Source: a virus. Taken from it: 64,000 bases of DNA. The stretch is from the IMG/VR virus record IMGVR_UViG_3300023284_001411, positions 1-64,000 of that record. One strand, given 5' to 3'. A model generated the notes under the pieces. The model was given only the letters and a program-made list of their open reading frames with translations, searched no databases and was not told the origin of the DNA. The translations under genes were made by a program, and so were the position numbers. Positions 1-9,690 of the stretch are shown piece by piece. Positions within the stretch are counted from its first letter, which is position 1; every line of letters begins with the position of its first letter.

Positions 1-1980
1 GACGAGGTTGTTGGGGACTGTCCCATTCCACAAACGAAGGTCCATAGCTCCCGCTGGGAGGATCTCGTAGGTGTTGGTCCCGACGGCCTGCGTGAAGGCC
101 GGCGCCACCGTGATAGTGTTGGTGGTAAAGTTGAAGGCCGTGATCAGGCGGACCTGGCCCGTGATCGTTCCACTCGTGATCAGGAGCCACATTCCCTTAA
201 AGTAGTCCGTGTCTCCCTCGGTTCGGCCCGCGTCGACCAGGGTCGTCGCCGATCCCGAATCCGCCGTGCCGTTGATCACAGACCGGATCTGGGTTACCGC
301 GCTCATGGCCAGGGCGTTAGCGTCAAGGGCATCAGTCGCGAAGCTCGCGGCCGTAATGCCTCCAGCGGCGATCGAGCCCACGGCGCCCGTGACTGAGCCG
401 ACCGCCCCCGTGACACTGGCGACCGAGCCCGTGACGTTCCCCTGGACGGAGGCGACGCCCTCGCCGAAGGAGCCGCCGGCAGTATGAGCCGAGCGGAGCT
501 CGTCCCAAACCGCATCGGCAATGACCCCGGCAGTCGGTCCCGCGGTCGCCTGGTTGTCCCGGATGGCCTGCAGAGAGTCGGTCGTGTTGTCGAACGTGTC
601 CCAATCCGCAAGTCCAGCCTTAGCCACCATTTGTGCGATGACGGAGTCGTCGATGACGTTGGCCCCGGTGGCCGCAACCGCCAGGAGGTGGTCGAGGTGG
701 ATATCGGTCAGTGCCAAATCGACTTGAGTGTTGACCTGGGTCGGAGTCGCCCGGGTGGTGATGGCCGCGTCGATATTACCGCCCGCGAAAGCTGTGGAGT
801 CGGACAGGATGGCATCGCGAATCTCATTGACCGCGTCGGTCGCGAGCTCGGAGGCTCCGATGGCGTTGACGGCGATGGCGTCCGCATCGATCGCGGCGGT
901 AGCTATGGCCGCCGACGTGATCACGTTTGCGGCCATGGCACCCACCGAGACGTCAACCCGCCCGAAGACCAGGGCGTTCGGAGCGGCGCCGAGCCACTCC
1001 TTGACGTCCGCGTGGGCCATACCATCAGTTTCGATGACGAGGTTTGCCAGGTTGTTGGGGAAGTCCGCCGGCCAGATTTCATAGGTGTGGGTGGAGACCG
1101 CCTGGGTAAAGGCCCGGTCCACGGTCACCGTATCGGATCCCGGCGTAAAGGCGGAGATCTTACGTGCCTGGCCCAGGAGGTTCCCCGAGGTGATGACGAG
1201 CCATCCGCCCTTGAAGAAGTCTACATCCGCCTGCGTCAGGATGGCGTCGACCAATGTCGTCGCCGACCCCGAGTCCGCCGTTCCCGAGATGAGCGCCCGC
1301 TGGAGGTTCTTGTTATCGATCTCCGTCCCCACCTGGGCGGGAGTCGCCCGGGAGGAGATGGTTGCATTGATATTCGCGCCTGCGAAGGTCGTGGCGTCAG
1401 AGAGTATGGAATCCCGGATCTCATTGACCGCGTCGGTCGCCAACTCGGCGGCCCCGATGGCGTTCGTGGCGATGGCATCCGCGTCGATTGCTGCGGTAGC
1501 AATGGCCGCCGCGGTAATCACGTCCGCCGCCATGGCGCCGGTCGAGGAGTCGACCCGCCCGGAGATGAGCGCGTTCGGTGCGGAGCCCAACCACTGGGCC
1601 ACGTTCACCGACTGATTCACTGTGATCTCGACACCGCCTGTGGCGTCCACGTCTACCCCACGCCCGGTGACGTTGGGGTAGGAGAAGTCGTCGGGAATGC
1701 GTGCATGAATGCGAAACTGGTTGTTGACTTGTTTGACACCAGAGGCCGTAAACGTCAAGCTCAGGACGCCCAAGGTATTTGTGTGGGTGGTCGAGAGCGG
1801 TACGGAATACCATCCATTCTCAAGCTCGGTGATCGTTACAGTCATGGCCGCGAACGCTGCACCGTTCTTTGAGATGCGTTTAGTCCAGTTGGCATCTATC
1901 TTACCCGTGACGGCGTCGCCATTAACGTCATGCGCGAATAAGAGGTAGGTTAAAGCTGTAGATTGCTTGAGTGGAATCAT
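1..1980 (-). CDS. Repeat-rich fibre-like virion protein, 3'-partial (runs off window start); paralog of 2419..5421
   Basis: ATG at 1980 (MIPLKQSTALTYLLFAHD...). The same frame at 1-120 reads NTITVAPAFTQAVGTNTYEILPAGAMDLRLWNGTVPNNLV. Shares GWYSV.L.TTHTNTLG and the repeat modules with 2419..5421. Missing from the ORF track because it has no stop in the window. Confidence 0.8.
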   Translation of the reverse strand, partial: MIPLKQSTALTYLLFAHDVNGDAVTGKIDANWTKRISKNGAAFAAMTVTITELENGWYSVPLSTTHTNTLGVLSLTFTASGVKQVNNQFRIHARIPDDFSYPNVTGRGVDVDATGGVEITVNQSVNVAQWLGSAPNALISGRVDSSTGAMAADVITAAAIATAAIDADAIATNAIGAAELATDAVNEIRDSILSDATTFAGANINATISSRATPAQVGTEIDNKNLQRALISGTADSGSATTLVDAILTQADVDFFKGGWLVITSGNLLGQARKISAFTPGSDTVTVDRAFTQAVSTHTYEIWPADFPNNLANLVIETDGMAHADVKEWLGAAPNALVFGRVDVSVGAMAANVITSAAIATAAIDADAIAVNAIGASELATDAVNEIRDAILSDSTAFAGGNIDAAITTRATPTQVNTQVDLALTDIHLDHLLAVAATGANVIDDSVIAQMVAKAGLADWDTFDNTTDSLQAIRDNQATAGPTAGVIADAVWDELRSAHTAGGSFGEGVASVQGNVTGSVASVTGAVGSVTGAVGSIAAGGITAASFATDALDANALAMSAVTQIRSVINGTADSGSATTLVDAGRTEGDTDYFKGMWLLITSGTITGQVRLITAFNFTTNTITVAPAFTQAVGTNTYEILPAGAMDLRLWNGTVPNNLV

Positions 1981-1981
1981 C

Positions 1982-2203
1982 TCAGTTTACTCGTCCGAAA
2001 ACTCTACTTGCAATTCTCCGATGAGTCTGTCGAAGCATCGCCATGATATTAACACCGGCCGGAGATCCCGCGGCGATGCCGCTATAGGTCCATCCTACGG
2101 CCTTCCTATCCGGGGTATCGACGGTGCCATCAGCTACCGGGGATATTCGATGTCCATGGTAACAGTGTACAGATCTACGTTTGTCTTCGGTGTCAATTGC
2201 CAT
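1982..2203 (-). CDS. Small virion-associated hypothetical protein (MAIDTEDKRRS...)
   Basis: 73-aa ORF packed between the two fibre-like genes on the same strand. Confidence 0.65.
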   Translation of the reverse strand: MAIDTEDKRRSVHCYHGHRISPVADGTVDTPDRKAVGWTYSGIAAGSPAGVNIMAMLRQTHRRIASRVFGRVN

Positions 2204-2426
2204 TTGTCTTTGGGGTATGGTTTCTGATCAGGCTGCGAAGCACGAAGTCGATCTTCACGAGCTCCCCCGAGAAGATCGCCCGGGTTTCGGGTCCGTTATC
2301 GAAGTTGATGCGGAATAACCGCTCGATGTCGTCGACAAGAAACTGGGCATCTTTCAAGACAGTCGTGAGAGAGTCCGGCTTCGGGGCTTCTTCCAATTGC
2401 GGGTCGGTGAGCGGCGTATCAGGCAT
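2193..2426 (-). CDS. Hypothetical protein
   Basis: 77-aa ORF with overlapping start/stop junctions to both neighbours; GAGG SD upstream. Confidence 0.6.
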   Translation of the reverse strand: MPDTPLTDPQLEEAPKPDSLTTVLKDAQFLVDDIERLFRINFDNGPETRAIFSGELVKIDFVLRSLIRNHTPKTNGN

Positions 2427-5421
2427 ACTTTCCTCTTATAAAAGTAGTTGCGTCGTCGGAGATAGTAGAAGCGGCGATGTTGCCGGAGTCTCCGTCGTTT
2501 CGTACACGATCTTGAGTTGCGGTCGTCTCTATTTTGTTCCGGGCGCATGCGTACAGCCATTGGATCATAACGTGCATCGGAGCGTTCGCCGCAGGGATCG
2601 CCGAGATCTGCGTCACGGTATCCGTCCGCAGCACGTCGATAACCTCAGTGTTGACCTGGGCCGGAGTCGCCCGGGAGGTGATGGTCGCGTTGATGTTCGC
2701 GCCCGCGAAGGTTGTGGCGTCAGAGAGTATGGAGTCGCGGATCTCATTGACCGCGTCGGTCGCGAGTTCGGAGGCCCCGATCGCGTCGGCCGCGATGGCG
2801 TCGGCGTCAATGGCCCCTGTACCGATCGCGGAGGCAGTGATCGTCCCCGCCGCCATGGCGCCCACAGAAACATCGACCCGCCCAGAGACAAGCGAGTTCG
2901 GCGCCGCCGCGAGCCATTCCTTGACGTCCGCATGGACCACACCATCGGTCTCGATGTTGAGGTCCGCGAACTCGTCCGGGAAGTCGGCCGGCCAGATTTC
3001 ATAGGTCTGGGTCGCCACTGCCTGCGTGAAAGCCCGATCTACCGTGATCGTGTCGGTGGTGAAGTTGAAGTCAGAGATCTTTCTGGCCTGGCCCAGGAGG
3101 TTCCCGGAGGTCATAACCAGCCATCCGCCCTTGAAGAAGTCGGTATCCGCTTGCGTTAGCGCGTCATCCACCAATGTCGTAGTTGTACCAGAATCAGAAG
3201 TCCCACTAACGAGAGCACGATGTAGGTTTTTATTGTCAATTTCTGTTCCTACCTGGGCTGGTGTCGCCCGAGAGGAGATGGTTGCATCAATGTTGGCGCC
3301 CGCGAAGGACGTGGAGTCGGACAGGATCGCGTCTCTGATCTCATTGACTGCCGTGGTGGCGAGCTCCAAGGAGCCGATGGCATCTGTGGCGATGGCCCCC
3401 GCGTCGATAGCCCCCGCGGCAAAGGTCGCGGCTACGATTCCGCCCGAGGCAATCGAGCCGACGGCACCCGTCACCGAGGCCACAGAGCCCGTCACATTAC
3501 CTTGGACTGAGGCCACCCCCTCGCCGAAGGAGCCCGCGCCCACGTGGGCTGAGCGGAGCTCGTCCCAAACTTGGTCAACAATTTCATCGACCGCGTCGGT
3601 CGCCAACTCGGAGGCCCCGATCGCGTCAGCCGCGATGGCGTCGGCGTCGATGGCAGCTGTCGCAATGGCAGAGGCCGTAATCGTCCCCGCCGCCATGGCA
3701 CCCACGGAGGCGTCGACCCGCCCGGAGATCAGGGCGTTCGGAGCCGCCGCGAGCCACTCCTTGACGTCCGCGTGGACCATCCCATCGGTCTCGATGTTGA
3801 GGTCTGCGAACTCGTCCGGGAAGTCGGCCGACCAGATCTCATAGGTCTGGGTTGCCACGGCCTGCGTGAAAGGCCGATCGACCGTGATGGTGTCCGTAGT
3901 AAAATTGAAAGCTGAGATCTTCCGGGCCTGCCCGATTAGGTTACCGGAGGTCATGACCAGCCATGCGCCCTTCCAGTAGTCGGTATCCGCTTGAGTCAGT
4001 GCGGTCGTGTCCACGAGAGTCGTCGTCGACCCAGAGTCGGCCGTGCCGGAGACCAGAGCCCGGTGTAGGTTGTCGTTGTCGAGCTCCGTCGCAACCTGGG
4101 CGGGAGTCGCCCGGGAGGAGACGGTCGCGTCGATATTCGCTCCCGCGAAGGCCGTGGAGTCGGACAGGATGGCATCGCGGATCTCATTGACCGCGTCGGT
4201 CGCCAGCTCGGAGGCCCCGATCGCGTTGGCCGCAATGGCCGCTGCGTCGATGGCACCCGCGACGAATGCCGTGGCGGCGATGGCTCCGGTGGCGATGGCG
4301 TCGTCGTCGATCGCGTCGGTGGCGATAACAGCTGCGGTGATCGTTCCCGCTGCCATGGCACCCACGGAGGCGTCGACCCGCCCGGAGGCCAGAGCATTCG
4401 GCGCCGCCGCGAGCCACTCCTTGATATCCGCGTGGGCCATCCCATCGGTCTCGATCAAGAGGCTGGAGAAGTTGTCCGGGAAGTCAGACGGCCAGATCTC
4501 GTAGGTCTGGGTCGCGACCGCCTGGGTGAAGGCCCGATCAACCGTGATGGTGTCGGAACCCGGGGCGAACGCCGAGATTTTCCGCGCCTGCCCGGAGATG
4601 TTCCCGGAGGTCATGACCAGCCAGCCGCCCTCCCAGTAGTCGGCGTCGCCCTGAGAGAGGGCGTCGTCCACCAGGGTCGTCGTCGAGCCGGAGTCGGCTG
4701 TGCCGCTTGCCAGCGCCCGCTGGAGGTTCGCATTGGTTATTTCCGTCCCCACCTGAGCGGGGGTCGCCCGGGTGGTGATGGCCGCATCGATGTTCCCGCC
4801 CGCAAAGGCCGTGGAGTCGGACAGAATGGCATCACGGATCTCATTGACTGCCGTCGTCGCCAGCTCGGAGGAGGTGATGGCATCAGCCGCGATGGCTGCC
4901 GCATCGATGGCGCCCGCGGCGAAGGCCGTGGCGGCGATGGCCCCCGTGGCGATGGCATCGTCGTCGATGGCGTCGGTGGCGATTGCGGCGGCCGTAACAG
5001 TCGCCGCCGCCATGGCGCCCACGGAGACGTCCACCCGCGAGGAGACCAGGGCATTCGGCGCCGCGCCGAGCCACTGTTGCAAGTCCGACCTGATCCCGGT
5101 GCCGGTGCCGGCGACGAGGGCATCATAGACCACGGCCGGGACGACCATGAACTCATGCCACACCGGAAGATGGGTCGCGACAGCATGCGACTTTATGATG
5201 AAGGAGCCCAGAGTATTCGTGTGGGTCGTCGTCAGGGCGACCGAGTACCAGCCTTCCGCATCGTGCGTTCCCGTCGGACCCGTGCCGAAGGCGCCGCCGT
5301 CCTTAGAGATCTCGGTCGCGGGGGAGCCGAGGGCGGTCTCCTCCGTGACGCCGTCCGTCTTATCGAGGAAAGGCCCAATGCGCTCGGTCTGCGCGGTGGA
5401 TAGTCGAAGCCACCTACTCAT
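2419..5421 (-). CDS. 1000-aa repeat-rich tail fibre/spike-like protein
   Basis: Three copies of a ~220-aa module (SGTADSGSTTTLVD...GWLVMTSGN..GQARKISAF...TITVDRAFTQAVATQTYEIW) linked by AIxxx pentapeptide runs; lies in the structural module. Confidence 0.75.
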   Translation of the reverse strand: MSRWLRLSTAQTERIGPFLDKTDGVTEETALGSPATEISKDGGAFGTGPTGTHDAEGWYSVALTTTHTNTLGSFIIKSHAVATHLPVWHEFMVVPAVVYDALVAGTGTGIRSDLQQWLGAAPNALVSSRVDVSVGAMAAATVTAAAIATDAIDDDAIATGAIAATAFAAGAIDAAAIAADAITSSELATTAVNEIRDAILSDSTAFAGGNIDAAITTRATPAQVGTEITNANLQRALASGTADSGSTTTLVDDALSQGDADYWEGGWLVMTSGNISGQARKISAFAPGSDTITVDRAFTQAVATQTYEIWPSDFPDNFSSLLIETDGMAHADIKEWLAAAPNALASGRVDASVGAMAAGTITAAVIATDAIDDDAIATGAIAATAFVAGAIDAAAIAANAIGASELATDAVNEIRDAILSDSTAFAGANIDATVSSRATPAQVATELDNDNLHRALVSGTADSGSTTTLVDTTALTQADTDYWKGAWLVMTSGNLIGQARKISAFNFTTDTITVDRPFTQAVATQTYEIWSADFPDEFADLNIETDGMVHADVKEWLAAAPNALISGRVDASVGAMAAGTITASAIATAAIDADAIAADAIGASELATDAVDEIVDQVWDELRSAHVGAGSFGEGVASVQGNVTGSVASVTGAVGSIASGGIVAATFAAGAIDAGAIATDAIGSLELATTAVNEIRDAILSDSTSFAGANIDATISSRATPAQVGTEIDNKNLHRALVSGTSDSGTTTTLVDDALTQADTDFFKGGWLVMTSGNLLGQARKISDFNFTTDTITVDRAFTQAVATQTYEIWPADFPDEFADLNIETDGVVHADVKEWLAAAPNSLVSGRVDVSVGAMAAGTITASAIGTGAIDADAIAADAIGASELATDAVNEIRDSILSDATTFAGANINATITSRATPAQVNTEVIDVLRTDTVTQISAIPAANAPMHVMIQWLYACARNKIETTATQDRVRNDGDSGNIAASTISDDATTFIRGKYA

Positions 5422-6200
5422 GCCACTCTCCTCGTTCTGTAGTTATACATCGCCACTGCAATAGAAAGAGCCCCACCCGCGGCGACCGTGAAGGGCATGA
5501 GCGGTTGATCAAATCCGATCAATGGACCAACTCCTCGAGGATTGTCTTTAATAGTAGGGTTTCCAGTTCCATTTACATCCCACCCAGTAAAGACACCCCC
5601 CCAATCGGGTGTAAGCGATGCAGCTACTGGGTATACGCAAGGAATAAAAGATTGCCCACCAAGCTGGCAGTAAGTCCTATAGGGAGTGATTCGATATTGT
5701 TGGACCTCTGCAAGAGACATATTTCTGTCGATATAGGCTACGAAGGCATGCTTGCCGTTAAATTCATCATTCGAACCGTTTATCGCGGCTACTTGTAGAT
5801 CGTTGGTTAGATTAGCGTCGTTGCCATTTCCTGTCGCATTAGAATCCACGTTAACGGTAACGCTGTTTAGGTCAATGATCCTCAACGTTACTAAATTGTC
5901 GCTTCCTCTGTTGGAGACCGCAATCAATTTCCATACTTCATCATCAATAGTGAAGGAAGTAGTAAGTACCGTACCGGCGTCCTGGTATACAGTTACTGTA
6001 TTATCTGAATTTATTCTTACACGGAACTGACGTTTCGTACCTGTGCCCCACTTACTAATCCCTAACGTCTGGTCAATGCCGTTAGTATCAGCAAAAATAA
6101 ATGCCAGCATGGTCCAGTCTGTAGTCGTATCGAACCGCAACGTTGAGACGTCGGTTTTAGAAAGAAACTGCCCAGAAGCCCTAACAAAGTCTAAAGACAT
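5418..6200 (-). CDS. LamG/concanavalin-A-like domain virion protein
   Basis: Motifs WTMLAFI, IDDEVWKLIAV and FNGKHAFVAYIDRNMSLAEVQQ are typical of LamG_3 beta-sandwiches. Confidence 0.7.
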   Translation of the reverse strand: MSLDFVRASGQFLSKTDVSTLRFDTTTDWTMLAFIFADTNGIDQTLGISKWGTGTKRQFRVRINSDNTVTVYQDAGTVLTTSFTIDDEVWKLIAVSNRGSDNLVTLRIIDLNSVTVNVDSNATGNGNDANLTNDLQVAAINGSNDEFNGKHAFVAYIDRNMSLAEVQQYRITPYRTYCQLGGQSFIPCVYPVAASLTPDWGGVFTGWDVNGTGNPTIKDNPRGVGPLIGFDQPLMPFTVAAGGALSIAVAMYNYRTRRVA

Positions 6201-6700
6201 TATGCGTCCGCATATTCGAAATAAAGACCAAAGAGAATGGCAGCGCCGGACATAGTGTCACCGGTGTCTACTTGATCTCTGAAAAATTCGTATTCCACTT
6301 CGTCCCCAACTACAAAATTAGTATCGGTGAGGGCAATAGACAGAACCTGCAATTCATTAATTGCCGACGGAGCAAGATCATTAAGATTAACGCTCTCGTC
6401 GTTTCCCGTCTGATCCAAAGATTCCCCCGCAGCTACCGCACGATAATCGAGGTCCCATTCCACGTCACCGGAGGTGACTATCGCGGTCCACGGGATGATG
6501 AGGTTCGCGGAGCCCACGTAGTTTTGGGGAACCTGGAACCCGCCGTGGATCCCGTTTCGAGTGTTTCCGGCATCAAAAATGCAGACCTCACGAATCCAGA
6601 CCTTGTTCGTAGCCTTGACGGAGTACGACTCGAAAAAAACAACACCAGAAGTATCTGGCAAGGTGCCGAATCCAATAATCGGAAGCCTATGAATTGCCAT
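6200..6700 (-). CDS. Hypothetical virion protein
   Basis: 166-aa ORF with beta-rich composition, coupled to neighbours. Confidence 0.65.
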   Translation of the reverse strand: MAIHRLPIIGFGTLPDTSGVVFFESYSVKATNKVWIREVCIFDAGNTRNGIHGGFQVPQNYVGSANLIIPWTAIVTSGDVEWDLDYRAVAAGESLDQTGNDESVNLNDLAPSAINELQVLSIALTDTNFVVGDEVEYEFFRDQVDTGDTMSGAAILFGLYFEYADA

Positions 6701-6701
6701 G

Positions 6702-6944
6702 TTATAGGAGGCTGTACCTTTCTATGAGAATCAGGGCCAGGAGGGCTGCCTTTTGCGTCACGGTCGCGCTTGTCTTGAACTCAACCGGTAATGCGGCGTT
6801 GAACGCACTTTGGGAGCTATCCACCCAATCGTCCGCTGCGTTTACCGCAGCTCGGAACTCTGTTTTTGAAAGATTACCGGGAACTACTTTCTCTTTCATG
6901 CCCCGCACCCAAACTTTTAATCGAGAAGTCTCGTCCAATGCCAT
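6702..6944 (-). CDS. Hypothetical protein (MALDETSRLK..., 80 aa)
   Basis: Start re-called to the ATG at 6944, just after the upstream stop at 6949. Confidence 0.6.
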   Translation of the reverse strand: MALDETSRLKVWVRGMKEKVVPGNLSKTEFRAAVNAADDWVDSSQSAFNAALPVEFKTSATVTQKAALLALILIERYSLL

Positions 6945-6948
6945 CTTT

Positions 6949-7959
6949 TTACGCCGCCCTTCGTGCCCTATAGCTATGCATGAAGATGGGCACGGCGATT
7001 CCTGTTGCCGCGTTACCATCATACGGTCCAATATTGAATGATCCACCCGCGTCTTTGTGGTCCACACCAGGTTCAAAGGAGATGCTGGAGGAGAAGTGAT
7101 CATCGAACTTGGCATCCAAATCCTTTCCATCGAGATACCCATCAGAGTCGGTATCTTTGAGCCGGAAGTCAAGACTCCCAACGTCATTGAAAGTGTCCGC
7201 CTCTACAAAGTTGGTAATATGGCCTGTACCCCCGTCGTCATCCGCCGTACCATCTCGGGACATGTTGTTGTTTACCGCCCCGGTCCAGCTCGCACCCATA
7301 TCTATATTCTGCCCGCTTCCATCTGACCAACAATTTTCGATGATGTCATCCCCGGCGTCGGTGACGAAACCGCCACCGGTATCCGTGTCCATAACACCGC
7401 AGTTGTAAAGCTCAACTCCAAGGAGGTCGGTGGCGTTATTGTACCCTCTCCGCTGTCCGTCGGTCCGTGCCGGGTCTCCGGTCAGGATGAGGTTGTAACC
7501 TCGAAAATTGCTCGATCCCGCGCTCATATACAAACCCGCGGAGGTGCTATTACTTGAGGTCGACGTCGCGTGAAGGCAAAAACAGTTATACGCCATTTGG
7601 TCCGGGTCCGAGGGACGGAGGCAACGTCTCGCCGTGCTGTTCGTGGAGTTCTGCTCGAGCTTCAATTGACCCGTACGGAAGAAGTCTTCGTCCGGCCTGA
7701 TGACGTGTTGTGTTGCCCCATCAACCATCTCCGCACCGGTATCCGTGATCGGATTGTATTCGCTCCCTGACTGGGCATGAAGCTCCCGGTAAACCGTGGC
7801 GCTTAAGCCGGTAGCACCGGCCGGTTGACTATTTTCCGAGAAGGTCTGGCTTTTGCATTGACCCCTCTCAATCTCTGTTATAGGGTCAAGGTCCGTTGCC
7901 CCCTCCCAGGAGGCGATCGTCGTGTGGGTCTCGCCCGTGCCTATGAGGAGATCAGCCAT
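6949..7959 (-). CDS. Putative pectin-lyase-like beta-helix virion protein
   Basis: Starts MADLLIGTGETHTTIASWE; Asn/Cys ladder repeats (AYNC, GYNL, LYNC, IENC); C-terminal DFRLKD...IGPYD. Confidence 0.55.
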   Translation of the reverse strand: MADLLIGTGETHTTIASWEGATDLDPITEIERGQCKSQTFSENSQPAGATGLSATVYRELHAQSGSEYNPITDTGAEMVDGATQHVIRPDEDFFRTGQLKLEQNSTNSTARRCLRPSDPDQMAYNCFCLHATSTSSNSTSAGLYMSAGSSNFRGYNLILTGDPARTDGQRRGYNNATDLLGVELYNCGVMDTDTGGGFVTDAGDDIIENCWSDGSGQNIDMGASWTGAVNNNMSRDGTADDDGGTGHITNFVEADTFNDVGSLDFRLKDTDSDGYLDGKDLDAKFDDHFSSSISFEPGVDHKDAGGSFNIGPYDGNAATGIAVPIFMHSYRARRAA

Positions 7960-8677
7960 TGACAATCTCTCCTGTTTCATCTTGAACTGGCATCATGATC
8001 GTGTCAATGTCCGTGGACTTCCATGCCATCATATCCTTCCAAGCCGGATCCAGAGTAGCCGGAAGCACATGCTTGGTTACATCTCTCCAGTCGAGAGTCG
8101 ACTGGGTCGAGAGAAGGGTTGGGTAATCGAGGACGTACTGCCGTTTCCGCGTCGGCCGTAGTCGATGATACGGAGGGCCGACATTCGTTTCGGTTGGGGG
8201 CTGAATTAAGTCCATGAGCATATCGTTAGAGATATCCAAAACCGCAATCCCATAATCCGTTAAAGCACCCCAGCCCCAGTATTGATGCAGGCCATAATTG
8301 AGTTGCTCGAGGCGGAAGTTGATAGCCCAATCGACAAACTCCCCGACCTGCTCTTCCAGGAACAACTGCCTGGATGGACGGAGCGTCGCCCACCGTCGCT
8401 TGACGGTATCCTTGCGGGCGTCCCATCGCATCTGGGCAGCGACTCTCCGATCAAGAGCAGGGTCCATCCAGTACCGGCAATGACGAATCTCCTCGACATG
8501 GGCTTGGAGAGCGTTCAACAGAACCCCCGACATGTTCGGCTGGACACCATCGTCGATCCAGCTTTTCATCTCGGCCGGGGTCCAATAGCGACCCTTGGCC
8601 GGAGCCCATATCCAGGTAGCGCCATCCTCTTGCTTGGCTTTGACGCCAAGCGATAAGGCAACCTCAACCAACGGCAT
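7952..8677 (-). CDS. Hypothetical protein
   Basis: 241-aa ORF in operon context. Confidence 0.6.
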   Translation of the reverse strand: MPLVEVALSLGVKAKQEDGATWIWAPAKGRYWTPAEMKSWIDDGVQPNMSGVLLNALQAHVEEIRHCRYWMDPALDRRVAAQMRWDARKDTVKRRWATLRPSRQLFLEEQVGEFVDWAINFRLEQLNYGLHQYWGWGALTDYGIAVLDISNDMLMDLIQPPTETNVGPPYHRLRPTRKRQYVLDYPTLLSTQSTLDWRDVTKHVLPATLDPAWKDMMAWKSTDIDTIMMPVQDETGEIVNG

Positions 8678-8683
8678 CGGCGA

Positions 8684-8848
8684 TTACCCCATGCCCTTGT
8701 CGGGTCCCTTGATTGGGCTGACGAGGTCGTCTCGGAGTTGCTTGCCGGCTCTGGTCGGCTGCCGCATACGGTTGGGGTTCTGCGGACCGCGTCGGGTCAT
8801 TGCGCTGTCGCTCTTGGCCTTACTGGCCGCCGTTTCTAACTTTGCCAT
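8684..8848 (-). CDS. Small basic protein (54 aa, MAKLETAASKAK...)
   Basis: Read from sequence; AAGGAG SD upstream of ATG 8848; fills the gap between 8677 and 8859. Confidence 0.55.
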   Translation of the reverse strand: MAKLETAASKAKSDSAMTRRGPQNPNRMRQPTRAGKQLRDDLVSPIKGPDKGMG

Positions 8849-8858
8849 CGTTGTCTCC

Positions 8859-9323
8859 TTACTGTGGCACTCGGGTAGATGTGATCAAGTATGGTTTGAT
8901 GAAGTTGGTCGTTCCGTCGAAGAGCGCTGTCACGTCGATCACGACTATGATCTCCGCCGGAGCGGCATGCATGAGTTGAATGAAATCGCTGCCCAGGGTC
9001 GGGTCCCCCGCGTCCGTAGTGTTGATGAGCGTCACGGATCCATCCGCCGTCACGGTAAAGCCCAAGGCGCCCGCGTTCGTCGGTGAGATTGCGGGGATCA
9101 TGTTCCCCGAGAAGATCAGGTCTGACTGTGGGTTATACACCTCCAGGTCAATCGTGAACGTTCCGACGGTAGTCGTCCCCGTCTCGACCACATCCAGGAG
9201 GACGGCAAAAGCCGTCATATCCTTGACATTGATCTTCGGCGTCTTGCTAACGGCGATCGACTGTGAATTGATGCCCGCCGCGGCAAAAAGGAGCTCTTCG
9301 GGACCGCGAAACTGCTTACTCAT
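8859..9323 (-). CDS. Hypothetical virion protein
   Basis: 154-aa ORF downstream of the capsid cluster. Confidence 0.6.
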   Translation of the reverse strand: MSKQFRGPEELLFAAAGINSQSIAVSKTPKINVKDMTAFAVLLDVVETGTTTVGTFTIDLEVYNPQSDLIFSGNMIPAISPTNAGALGFTVTADGSVTLINTTDAGDPTLGSDFIQLMHAAPAEIIVVIDVTALFDGTTNFIKPYLITSTRVPQ

Positions 9324-9678
9324 TTACTTCAGCCTCGGCGCTTTCTTGTCCGTTCCCCTTGGCTCGAACCCTCTTACGCCGCTTTTTGGGTTTAGCATCT
9401 GTTCCGCTGTCATCTGGGGATGCTTCGGTAGGCCTCCCACCCGTATAAATTCCGCTTGGTACGTCTTGAACGGTCCGCTCTGGCTTATCTGCCTCAAATG
9501 TACACTTGCCATCGAGAGAAATCTCCGCTTGGTAGCACTTTGAAAGGTAGTTGTGCAGGCCGACAAAGTCGGCGACTGAAACGTGGGACAGGTCGGCCAC
9601 TCCGTTGACAAACTTGACCCCCGCGAGGTTGATAGTCTGACCTTTGAAGTAGCCTTTGTTGAGAGCTAACGCTTGCAT
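9316..9678 (-). CDS. Hypothetical head-associated protein
   Basis: 120-aa ORF with GGAGG SD and basic C-terminal tail, located after the capsid genes. Confidence 0.6.
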   Translation of the reverse strand: MQALALNKGYFKGQTINLAGVKFVNGVADLSHVSVADFVGLHNYLSKCYQAEISLDGKCTFEADKPERTVQDVPSGIYTGGRPTEASPDDSGTDAKPKKRRKRVRAKGNGQESAEAEVNE

Positions 9679-9690
9679 GAATCCTCCGGG

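Noticed and set aside
209-5464. Long plus-strand ORFs (e.g. 484..1872, 2197..3159, 4432..5403) and similar ones at 13346..14698 and 16639..18279
   Set aside because: Antisense shadows of GC-rich minus-strand genes; no recognisable motifs, and the genome is otherwise co-oriented.
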